Assembly (NCBI RefSeq): GCF_964355755.1
Contig: NC_092679.1
Span: forward strand, 3,192,201-3,256,200
Source: Antedon mediterranea
Taxonomy: Eukaryota; Animalia; Echinodermata
DNA: 64,000 bases
Reading direction: 5' to 3'
This document shows, piece after piece, positions 1 through 10,711 of the stretch. The notes below the pieces were generated by a model. It worked only from the letters and a program-made list of their open reading frames with translations. It had not been told where the DNA came from and searched no databases. How positions within the stretch are numbered: the stretch's first letter is position 1; each line of letters starts with the position of its first letter. The position numbers and the translations under genes are program-made.

Positions 1-212
1 TCATTTTTTAAGTGCTTATTTTTTTTGTATCTCCATTGAGATCCAGCCACTGATACTCACAGCATTGTCATTTTTTCAGTAATTTGCCTTTGGATTTATA
101 AATATATATAGTATAGTATAATATATAGCATTATTATTACTATTTGTATTACATGTGAAAAGAAATTAATAATTAATATTGTTGTACTTTGATTTACTTT
201 TGTTTTTTTAAG

Positions 213-1947
213 GTATCTATAGGTTATCTACCAAATAAACGTGTTATAGGACTAAGCAAAATTGCTAGGTAAGTATTACTACGGACATTTTTACCCGTTA
301 ACTGCTATATTAGCAAAACCCCTGCCTTGTTTGTTTTGTATTTTGCATTGATGTAGTATCTCAGATTCAGATTAGGTTGGTTTGTCCTTACTGCCAAGCA
401 TACTAATGAAGATAGGAACAAATCCTGTGTAAACACACGTTAAAGTATTCATTCATACGTACAGTATAGAATAAAACACTTGAGATTACAAATTACAAAT
501 CTGAGCTTATCATTGGAATATAGATTTTAATTGAAACTATTGCATATTGCATATAACGCACACAGTGTATTGTATATCCTTGCTGTGTGATTGGTCGATT
601 CCACCTCATATTATTAGGAATTTTTTTTTTTTTTTTTATATAGAATTGTTGAAATGTTCAGTCGCAGATTACAAGGTATTTTCGATAATATTTTGTTTTA
701 TGTATCATTTTATTATCATTTTATTCATATTCATCATAATTATTAATCATAACAACATCAGTATTAGAATAATTATTATCAACATGATTATCATTTGAAT
801 CATAATTACCCACATCATCATTCAATAACCATTGTTGTAGTGAAGCTATCACTTTTCTTCAACCAACAGTGGAAGGCACCAATATCAGTTTGCTCATAAA
901 ATATATATATATTTTTAAAAAACACAAAGATAAAATTTATATAATAATATCTTTCAAAATACATTTAAATTGCAAAATGCTACAGTTGAAGATATCTAAA
1001 AATTATTTAATAAAAGACATAAATTACCATGCTTGCCTTCAAATCCTGAGGTCCTGGTTCAATCTAGACCTAGTGATTGTATCTTACGCATTTTTTAACT
1101 ACACTCCCTAAGCCTCAAATGACACTTAGTTTATAAGCCAGATAAACAACAACAAAAAGTTGATCCATCCTGTTTTTGCATAAGAAATTGAAGTTGAATT
1201 ATAAGATTTAAGATCATTATCATCATTATCATTCTAATCAGAATAATTTTCTTATATTTCATTAGTACAAGAGAGGTTGACCAAACAAATAGCTGTAGCA
1301 CTGACAGAGGCAGTTGCGCCGGCAGGAGTAGGTGTGGTGATTGAGGCATCGTAAGTAGTTTAATCATTTATTATTTACTATTATTATCAACCAACACGCA
1401 TTATGATAGATTTCCTCGCCGTAGTGTCCACATCAAACTAGTGAGGTAAATATTAGGCCATGCTATGACCCCATTTACACTTACAATTTGGGCCGGCCCT
1501 AGGTTTCCAATAGGAATTGTAAATACTCCATGTGAAGTTAGGCCAGCCCTGGGCCGGATGTAGATCTGGGCCACCTCTAAAGTAGGTCCAGGAGCAGCTT
1601 ATGCAGTGAACCGTGACCAAAAGATTCAGAAAATTTATCTTCAGGGTTGTCGTTTAAAACGTAAGTGTAAACATGTTGGATCGGGCCTAAATGATTAGTT
1701 TGCACCCGATCCTGGGGCGGTCCACGACACAATCGTAAGTGTAAATGGGGTCTAAGATAAATATAATAAATATATTTCATAAATATGATAAATTGAATAC
1801 TGATTAAAATTTTTTTTTTAAAGACATATGTGTATGGTGATGCGTGGAGTTCAGAAATTGAACAGTCAAACTGTTACAAGTTGCATGCTGGGGTATTTCC
1901 GTGAAGATCCTAAAACAAGAGAAGAGTTTCTTGCCCTTATAAAGTAG
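213..1947 (+). CDS. GCH1: GTP cyclohydrolase I, last four exons (5' part lies before the window)
   Basis: GT-AG exons 213-268, 644-675, 1266-1350 and 1824-1947 splice in frame to [98 protein letters not shown], the recognisable GCH1 C-terminus. Confidence 0.97.
1025..1150 (+). mobile_element. tRNA-derived SINE fragment
   Basis: B-box-like ggttcaatct followed by agacctagtg...ctaagcctcaaatga...tttataagc, shared with the reverse-strand copy at about 61905-62093. Confidence 0.55.
1467..1752. mobile_element. PIF/Harbinger-like MITE in GCH1 intron
   Basis: 18-bp TIRs gaccccatttacacttac / gtaagtgtaaatggggtc; flanks tat / taa (degenerate TWA-type TSD). Confidence 0.7.
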
Positions 1948-2042
1948 AGTTTGTTAACAACAAACGTACAGTGCATACATTCTAAAGCCGTGACCGGCGT
2001 TGGCTGGTTGGGAGAGCAATTTGTGACAAAAAAATGGCTTAA

Positions 2043-2323
2043 ATATGTATTTTCTCCCAAAAACATAACAAGAATTAAGAATATAAACAGACCTTGAATA
2101 GGCCATTTTGCAGTTTTAATAAAATTATTCACTTTTATAGAAAAACAAACAACACTTTCACTTATAAAAATACAAAACAAATCTAACCAAAATGTTATTC
2201 TTTATTTGAAAAATCCATTGTCTAACCAACAATTCTGACTATTTAAGTTTTTTTCCTATCCAATTTTTGGACATTTAAATGGCATATTCAACAAAAAACA
2301 TTTTTTAGGGGGACAATATATCT
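2043..2323. mobile_element. TTAA-flanked non-autonomous DNA transposon (Kolobok-like, AGATGTATTGTCCC family)
   Basis: ttaa-atatgtattttctccc ... gggggacaatatatct-ttaa; same termini as the copies at 8525, 54623 and 60949. Confidence 0.65.
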
Positions 2324-2351
2324 TTAAGTACAAAATAATATTATATCCTTA

Positions 2352-2494
2352 AGCTCTGTCTACACTATCAAACTTTATGTGACAAAACATGTGATGTGCC
2401 CATATATGGACATGATGATGTCATATCAGTACCATATTTTGGCGCATCACTACCATATTTGTCACATCACTAGTTTGATAGTTTAGACAGAGCT
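2352..2494. mobile_element. PIF/Harbinger-like MITE (AGCTCTGTCTACACTATCAAACT family)
   Basis: TIRs agctctgtctacactatcaaact / agtttgatagtttagacagagct, TSD tta/tta. Other copies at 31683, 37244 and partial ones at 34737 and about 23432. Confidence 0.8.
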
Positions 2495-3879
2495 TTAAGA
2501 AGAATTGTATATGTTTCACAAATTGCTTACTCTCCGCTTACCGCTGGTGTATGGCTTTGAGGCCAAAATATGTTTTTACATAGAAAATATATATAGGGAT
2601 AACTCAGGCTAATTAATATAATATAGTGGACATATTTTATTATTTATAATTTTGGGGTGCAATTAATCATGTGAAATACTGGATTATGGTTTGAGCTAGT
2701 TTGTGGGGCGTAAGACCGATTGTTTGACAATAGAGGGAACCTTAACTGCGGCTTTATATTAGTTTGCCGGATTTGTTATCAGTTGAGTCGTCTAAAGTTG
2801 TTTTTCAAAAAGCGAATCAAACATTCCTCAGCTCTGATTGGTTGAGCATTTTTTTTTTGGCCATAGAAAATGTAGATATAAGCATGGACCTATCAATCCG
2901 AATAGGTTCATAATGTAAGTATGTACACACATGATAAATATACCATTTTAATGAAGACATGAGGCGATTTATACATTGAACATTTTTCATTGGACATTAT
3001 AGGAAAATATAACATATTTACAGAATGTATTTAAACTTTCTAAAGCATAGCTATCAAGTCTATTTTTATGTAGCTAATTGTGAATATAATTTTAATGTCA
3101 TTAATATGTATATTATTCGGGCATTATTGATTGTTTCAATTTTTATTTAAAAAGTAGAATATTTTAAGATATTAAAAACCAATTTTTAGGGGAAAAACCG
3201 TTGATAATTTCGAGAAATGCTTTCGGGTTATAATTATCTTGTTGGAAAGAAAGGTATTCAGAAGTGCGCCACCAGTCATTGACGAAACTTCGGTAGTTTT
3301 GTATCTAGGCGTACTTCCTCCGTAAATTGTTCAATCGTGGTTCCGCACCATTTGCGTTAGATTATACGCATGCGTAGAGAGGGATTTGGAAGACGGACGA
3401 AACATGAGTACGCATGCGTATAAGCTGACGCTTTCGATTCGCATGAACAAATTCGCCTAGTGGAAAAGTGACTTCAGTTGCGTGAAGTGGGAGACCAAGT
3501 TTTATCGTACGTTTTACGTACAGTAGGTAAATTAGTCGTACATTCATGGTGGGTGCTATGTTGGGGAATTAACCATGTAAAACTCAATGCAGTATCCGTG
3601 TTTTAAAGGGTAGCTCCGTAATGTAAAGCGTGATTTTCACTAGAACGCGACGTATCGACGCAAAGTGCTGTATTGCGTAATCACAAGTGAGAGCCGACGA
3701 CGCAATATAGTGTTGCAAACATCGCAGGTTTGATTTTTCACGCATAATAATAATAATAATAATAAGATTTTTATAGCGCACATACCACTCCAGAGTGCTC
3801 AAGGCGCATGCGGGGCCAAACACAATTATTAGAACGGCATTTGCTTACGTTGCGTAGATTGCGTTACGTTGCGTCGCTA

Positions 3880-4240
3880 AAGCGTGGTTCCCACTAGCGA
3901 CGCAACGCGAGGACGTAACGCAAGTGAATTGACCAATCACAAGCGATGGCTTATTCGCTTGTGATTGCTAACTGTCTATAACTTCGCTTGTCATTGGTTA
4001 AAACGATTGCGTTGCGTTTACGTCCTTGCGTTACGTTCTAGTAAAAGTTACCATACTGTTTATTTTAAAATATGTGGCAAAGCTTGGTTATTCTCACTAA
4101 GACGAAACGCAAGGACGTAACCCAACGTAAGGGATTTGACCAATAACAGGTGATGGATTATTCGAACTGTCGCTTGTCATTGGTCAACTCGTTTGCGTTG
4201 CGTCTATGTCTTTGGGTTGCGTCCAAGTGAGAACCAAGCT
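3880..4240. mobile_element. Two adjacent palindromic MITEs (AGCTTGGTTCCCACTAG family)
   Basis: TIR-like agc(t/g)tggttcccactag ... ctagtgggaaccaagct with internal inverted ccaatcacaagcga / tcgcttgtcattgg. Relatives at about 5705-5910, 7472-7813, 10383-10605, 11120-11265, 36115-36290 and 62930-63082. Confidence 0.75.
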
Positions 4241-4844
4241 TCAGCGATTCAACCAATTACAATCGATGGATTATTCAAATTTTCGCTTGTCAACTTGCTG
4301 TCTGTCTTTCCCTCAGAAAAATACCTTAAATTTACATAAATGAAAGCCAGTTAGCATTACAAAAATCACCAATTTCTAAGCCTTATTTGACGTCACACTC
4401 GTTAATTAGCTTTGACGAATCAGGATCTAAATGAAATTATTTCAAGGAAAAGTTCCCCTGGGGTGTCCCAAATGAGGGGTGGGGGCCGATTCTACTCTAT
4501 TCATAACATTTATTTTGGAGCATGTGCAGTACATGTTCAAAAGACAGATGTCGGAAAAATTTGATTTGATTTTATCGACCAGGAGTTTATTAATCGCATA
4601 TTAACCATGGAGTAACTCACCCCTCCATTGTTTAAGCTTTACCGTAATAAATATATTGATTTTTCGTCATCTAATTCGTTTCTTTTATGTTTTTTTTTTG
4701 CCTGATAATTCGATAAATTCCATTCAATTTTCTAAATCCGACATGATTTCACTAATCTTCTTTAAACAAAATTTCAACAAGTTAGTTCAGTCTGTTGTTG
4801 ATGTTGTAATTGTAACGTCGCTCGTTGAAACTACTAAAATCAAC

Positions 4845-6012
4845 ATGAATGCCTTTAAGAAGCTACTTGGTATCACTCTCATAGTCTTGGTAAGTAAAGC
4901 AAATAAATTGATCGAAATTCCTGTAACGTCTAAAGGCCAGTTTACACAGACGAGCGGTAACGGTAATGAAAATATAGAATCTATATTCCTTATGACCATT
5001 TACACACACCGACCGCGGAGCGTACGGCCGGCGGGCGGTTTCCGCTGATTCTACGTCGGACAAGCTACGCGGTTTTCCGCTTACCGTTACCGCTCATCTG
5101 TTGTGTGAATTGGCCTTAATATAATCATGGATTAAAAATTCCTTAATCCATGATATAATATGGATATCAAACCAACCTAAAATAAAATGTGTATGGATTA
5201 TGTCTTCCGTGTGCGCGGATGATACGAGAGTTGTGTTTAATATTTAACCATGGAGAAATATTATTATAGGCCTACGTATTCTTCTCCATACTAAATCAAA
5301 TTTTCAAGTAAACATCTTTCATGAACATGCACTACCGTAATTACAAGCATCTATTTATTAATTCCACCAGTTAGTACAACATTGTGCCTTTGCGCAAGAT
5401 GAAGGGACAGCAGAAAACCAACAAGGAACTGACGAAGGAGCATCTGGTGGACAGGCGGAGAATGGAGACGTGGTGGAAGTAGGAGGAGATTGCACGCCCG
5501 GTGTCCATTATTGTATATATAACCTGCCGTGTTGCGACGGAACGTGCCATCACAGTCACAAGACTTGTCCTACCGGATCCATAGTAAGTGTACAATCTAT
5601 TATCTATTAATTGATATAACATTTTTGGATGAAGTGGGCGCGGGCGGGGGGAGGGGGTGTCCCGGGGGTTATTCTAGCTTTTAATAAACGTAATGTTAAT
5701 GTTAGTCTTGGTTCCCCAGTAGGACGCACACAGCACAAGGACGTAAGCGAACCGTATTCGCCGTCTGTAGGCTTGGTTCTTACTAGAGACGCAACGCAAG
5801 CGAGTTGACCAATGACAAGCAACCGTTCGAATAATCCATCGCTTGTGATTGGTCGACGAATCACTTACGTTGCGTTACGTCATTGTGTTGCGTCTGTAGT
5901 AGGAACTGTAACACAGTATGCACTCAACATAACATACTCATGTTTATTCCCATAGGCAATAAACAATGAGCCAGTGGTAATCAACCAGGACAACAATGAA
6001 ATCTCCAAGTAG
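4845..6012 (+). CDS. Secreted inhibitor-cystine-knot (knottin-like) peptide precursor, copy A, 104 aa
   Basis: Exons 4845-4889, 5371-5583 and 5956-6012 (all phase 0, GT-AG, caacATG context): MNAFKKLLGITLIVLLVQHCAFA|QDEGTAENQQGTDEGASGGQAENGDVVEVGGD-CTPGVHYCIYNLPCCDGTCHHSHKTC-PTGSIAINNEPVVINQDNNEISK*. Signal peptide ending AFA, acidic linker, C-x6-C-x5-CC-x3-C-x6-C. The reading frame is preserved in the paralog. Confidence 0.85.
4934..5116. mobile_element. PIF/Harbinger-like MITE in knottin A intron 1
   Basis: TIRs aggccagtttacacagacgagcggtaacggtaa / ttaccgttaccgctcatctg..tgtgaattggcct, TSD taa/taa. The left end is deleted in the paralogous intron. Confidence 0.75.
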
Positions 6013-6814
6013 AACATCGATAACGTTTCACAACCGCCATGTAAAAAAAATATTATAACAGGCCTTTAAACTTAGTTTGCTAATACCAACTTGCACTCTA
6101 ATAAATTAAGATGTCGCTATTGGATATTTATGAACTGGATTTGTTTTAATATGTTTCTGGAACCTTACAAACTCTCCCAATAGAGATGGCAAGGACGGCG
6201 TAGACACATCGCAAGCGAATTGACCAATGACAAGCGACTCGTTCAAAATAATCCAGCTTGTGATTGGTTGGTCAAATATTAACCCATGTTTTAACGCATT
6301 GTTAGGATAAGATGCATTAAGCTTTGGCACGAGGAAGTATTTTAAGATATTAAAAACTAATTTTTAGGGGAAAACCGTTGATAATTTCGAGAAATGCTTT
6401 CGGGTTATAATTATCTTGTTGGAAAGAAAGGTATTCCGGAGTGAGCCACCAGTCATTGACGAAACCCAGGTAGTTTTGTTCAATCTTGGTTCCGCACCAT
6501 TTGCGTTAGATTTTACGCATGCGTAGAGAGGGATTTGGAAGACGGAAACATGAATACGCATGCGTATAAGCTGACGCTTTCGATTCGAATGAACAAATTC
6601 GCCTAGTGGAAAATTGACTTCAGTTGCGTGAAGTGGGGAGACCACGTTTTATCGTACGTTTTACGTACAGTAGGTAAATTAGTCGTACATTCTTATGGTG
6701 GGTGCTATGTTGGGGAATTAACCATGGTACTCATGTTGATGAATAAATTAATGAAATGTATAATTTGTGGCTAATTTGTTCTTTTTAAAACTCAATGCAG
6801 TATCCGTGTTTTAA

Positions 6815-7400
6815 AGCTCAGGTACAGGCATGAATTTTAAATATAATATCTGGTTAATTGTACATAAATCAAATATTTGTAACAGAGATCAAGACGAAAA
6901 AATATAAATTTCTCTTAATATGGTCAATTACAAGGTTTAGGAAAATTCTGCCATAAAAACCAGGAAGACTTTTTTCAGTAGTTAGGTAGTTTAACCTAAT
7001 GTAATGTCTGGTGACTCTCTAGAAAGTGAAAAATATGGTGGATACACGGTGGATAATTTTTGCTATAGCATGAAGATAAAAATCTGAATTTGAATAAAAA
7101 TACCAGAAATGTAAAATTCAAGTTATAATACCTATATTTTAGTCATCTGATAACTTATTTTACCACACCGTTTATTTTTCATAGCTTTTTAAAATGCCGC
7201 TCTATTTACCAAATTTGTGTACACAAGAATAGAGATTTTACTGTGTAATTTGAACTATACCCCACTGATATGAAAGTGATTATTTTCAACAAGCTTGTGT
7301 AACACAAATAAAATCCCAAAAATTATGAAACATGGGAAACTATAGATCGATAATTATTGGAATGTATGATCAATAGACATTTTTTGCCCGCACCTGGCCT
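6815..7400. mobile_element. TTAA-flanked non-autonomous DNA transposon (Kolobok-like)
   Basis: ttaa-agctcaggtacaggca ... tgcccgcacctggcct-ttaa; the empty site ccgtgttttaaagggtagctccg is present in copy 1 at about 3596-3618. Confidence 0.85.
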
Positions 7401-7471
7401 TTAAAGGATAGCTCCGTAGGCCTAATGTAAAGTAAAAGTTACCTTAATGTTTATTTTAAAATATGTGGCAA

Positions 7472-7813
7472 AGCTTGGTTATTCACACTAAAGCGTGGTT
7501 CCCACTGGCGACGCAACACAAGGACGTAACGCAACGCAAGTGAATTGACCAATCACAAGCGATGGTTTATTCGCTTGTGATTGCTAACTGTCTATAACTT
7601 CGCTTGTCATTGGTTAAAACGCTTGCGTTGCGTTTACGTCCTTGCGTTACGTTCTAGTGGGAACCAAGCTTTAGACGCAACACAAGGACGTAACGCAACG
7701 TAAGGGATTTGACCAATAACAGGTGATGGATTATTCGAACTGTCGCTTGTCATTGGTCAACTCGCTTGCGTTGCGTCTATGTCTTTGCGTTGCGTCCAAG
7801 TGAGAACCAAGCT
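7472..7813. mobile_element. MITE with a related MITE (7491-7671) nested in its left end
   Basis: The outer element matches the uninterrupted copy at 4081-4240; the inner aagcgtggttcccactgg...ctagtgggaaccaagctt is flanked by ta/ta. Confidence 0.8.
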
Positions 7814-7816
7814 TAA

Positions 7817-8446
7817 AGCCCCATTGGCCCTACGTTTTTTAGATCTAATTTAAGATCACAAACTATATTTAATGTAAAAATAATACTATATGGTCCTATT
7901 GCGATAACTTTTTTCGTCTTTAAACGGTTAAAAATGTGAAAAATAAATCGATTTTAATAATTATAGCGGCCCGCTATAAATCCCAAAATGCATTGCGCGC
8001 GGATTGATATTTTTGTTTTTCACCTGTAATTCGCCCACTTTTCGATCGATCGTGAAGCCAAAACAAATGGAAGACTCCTAACTTTTCAGCGAAAATACCG
8101 GGTGTTCCCCAATTTGTATCAACGGAGTCTGGCAAAAATAGAAAGACAATTAATGCAGCAACTATACAACGTCAGGCTAGGTATATAGCCTAGCTAGCGT
8201 ACGATGTTCGTACGTTACCGATGTTTACCAGCTAGGCCTACAAAACTAAACCTAGCTAGGCTAGGCCTGAGACCGTCCACGAGAGGTCGATCGCCGCGAG
8301 CTACTTAGGTAGTGCATTGTTTCTCACTTTTTATCATAATTTACCATAAAACGTACATTTAAGACAAGGAATGACATGGTTTAATGTTTTTAAAGTGATA
8401 TGTATTATTTTCCAAAAAAACGTCCAAAATTGCAGGGAAGGGGTCT
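7817..8446. mobile_element. TTAA-flanked non-autonomous DNA transposon (Kolobok-like)
   Basis: ttaa-agccccattggccct ... agggaaggggtct-ttaa; absent at the paralogous site (gaaccaagcttcagcgattc, about 4231-4250). Confidence 0.8.
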
Positions 8447-8524
8447 TTAAGCGATTCGACCAATTACATTCAAATTGTCGCTTGTCAACTTGCTGTCTGT
8501 CTTTCCCTAAGAAAAATACCTTAA

Positions 8525-9062
8525 AGATGTATTGTCCCTTTGACTAATTCCAAAAAAAATAAATAAATAAATATTCGAAAAAAGTGGGTCATTTTGAAGT
8601 ATCATAATAGTTATTAACTTTCACCAAAAATTAGTCGAAAAAAATCATTTAACTGAAATACAGACGTTTTTTTGTTCAAAAAATAACTTTGACTTCCAGT
8701 CAAAGTTTTCGATCAAAACATATCTCATAATGCAACGCGCTTGTTTGGCTACTCTGTATGCATAATCATAAAACTTCCTCGCGATCCACCTTCTCAACCG
8801 TGACGAGTTGTAAACAATCCTAATTAGCATCATGCATAATGCATACTCGTTGTTTGAAATCTTTGTTTACTTTTGCTCGCGATGATTTTTTTTCCAGACG
8901 AAATGTAATCAAATTAATCTACCTGTTAATTACGTAAACTTATTGGTTTTGGCTCAAATTTTCGACTTAAAGTGAATAACTTTAATATTACTTTGATATG
9001 GCCAATTTAAATTTAGAATATTTTGACCTTCATTTTTTTGTGTTTCAAAGGACAATACATCT
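8525..9062. mobile_element. TTAA-flanked non-autonomous DNA transposon (Kolobok-like, AGATGTATTGTCC termini)
   Basis: ttaa-agatgtattgtccctttga ... tcaaaggacaatacatct-ttaa; empty site aaaataccttaaatttacataaa at about 4318-4340. Confidence 0.88.
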
Positions 9063-9565
9063 TTAATTTACATAAATGAAAGCCAGTTGCATTACAAAAA
9101 TTCCTCTATCACCAATTTCTAAGCCTTATTTCACGTCACACTCGTTAATTAGCTTTGACGAATCAGGATCTAAATGAAATTATTTCAAGGAAAAGTTCCC
9201 CTGGGGTGTCCCAAATGAGGGGTGGGGGCCGATTCTACTCTATTCATAACATTTATTTTGGAGCATGTGCAGTACATGTTCAAAAGACAGAATTCGATTT
9301 AATTTTATCGACCAGGAGTTTATTAATCGCATATTAACTCAACCTTCTATTGTTTAAGCTTTACTAAATATATTGATTTTTCGTCATATAATTCGTTTCT
9401 TTTATGTTTTTTTTTGCCCGATTTCAAAAATTCGATAAATTCCATTCAATTTTCTAAATCCGACATGATTTCACTAATCTTCTTAAACAAAATTTCAACA
9501 AGTTAGTTCAGTCTGTTGTTGGTGTTGTAATTGTAACGTCGCTCGTTGAAACTACTGAAATCAAC

Positions 9566-10711
9566 ATGAATACCTTTAAGAAGCTACTTGGTATAACTCT
9601 CATAGTCTTGGTAAGTGAAGCAAATCAATTGATCTATATTCCTTATTAATTTACACACAACACGGAGCGTACGGCGGGCGGTTTCCACTGATTCTACGTC
9701 GGACAAGCTACGCGGTTTTCCGCTTACCGTTACCGCTCATCTGTTGTGTAAATTGGCCTTAATATAATCATGGATTAAGAATTCCTTAATCCATGATAAA
9801 ATATGGATATCCAACCAACCTAACATAAAATGTGTATGGATTATGTCTTCCGTGTACTGTGCGCGGATGATACATGAGAGTTGTGTTTAATATTTAACCA
9901 TGGAGAAATATTATTATAGGCCTAAGTATTCTTCTCCATACTAAGTCAAATTTTCAAGTAAACATCTTTCGTAAACATGCACTACCGTTACGCACAATTA
10001 CAAGCATCTATTTATTAATTCCACCAGTTAGTACAACATTGTGCCTTTGCGCAAGATGAAGGGACAGCAGAAAACCAACAAGGAACTGACGAAGGAGCAT
10101 CTGGTGGACAGGCGGAGAACGGAGTCGCGGAAGTAGGAGGAGCGGGAAACTCGTCGGAAGTAGCTGGGGACACGGAAGAAAACACGTCAGATTGCAGGCC
10201 TGCCCAGCATTGTATACATAACCGGGCGTGTTGCGACGGAACGTGCCATCACAGTCACAAGACTTGTCCTAACGGAATCATAGTAAGTGTACAATCTATT
10301 ATCTATTAATTGATATAACATTGTTGGATGGGGTGGGGGCGGGTGTCCTAAGGGTTATTTTAGCTATTAATAAACGTATGTTAGTCTTGGTTCCCCAGTA
10401 GGACGCAGCACACAGCACAAGGACGTAAGCGAACCGTATTCGCCGTCTGTAGGCTTTGTTCTTACTAGAGACGCAACGCAATGACGTAGACGCAACGCAA
10501 GCGAGTTGACCAATGACAAGCAACCGTTCGAATAATCCATCGCTTGTGATTGGTCGAATCACTTACGTTGCGTTACGTCCTTGTGTTGCGTCTGTAGTAG
10601 GAACTGTAACACAGTATGCACTCAACATAACATACTCATGTTTTATTCCCATAGGCAATAAACAATGAGCCAGTGGTAATCAACCAGGACAACGATGAAA
10701 TCTCCAAGTAG
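9566..10711 (+). CDS. Secreted inhibitor-cystine-knot (knottin-like) peptide precursor, copy B, 118 aa
   Basis: Exons 9566-9610, 10028-10282 and 10655-10711: MNTFKKLLGITLIVLLVQHCAFA|QDEGTAENQQGTDEGASGGQAENGVAEVGGAGNSSEVAGDTEENTSD-CRPAQHCIHNRACCDGTCHHSHKTC-PNGIIAINNEPVVINQDNDEISK*. All indels versus copy A keep the frame. Confidence 0.85.

Larger units (their letters stand above)
3159..6326 (+). repeat. Tandem segmental duplication, copy 1 (contains knottin gene A)
   Basis: Begins tattttaagatattaaaaa...; colinear and highly similar to 6338-11124 through to gcattaagctttgg. Confidence 0.92.

Noticed and set aside
547-1780. Short ORFs within GCH1 introns
   Set aside because: Low-complexity AT-rich or MITE-derived frames without coding features.
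5371-5622. Minus-strand 83-aa ORF
   Set aside because: Antisense to knottin A exon 2, whose plus-strand frame is conserved in the paralog.
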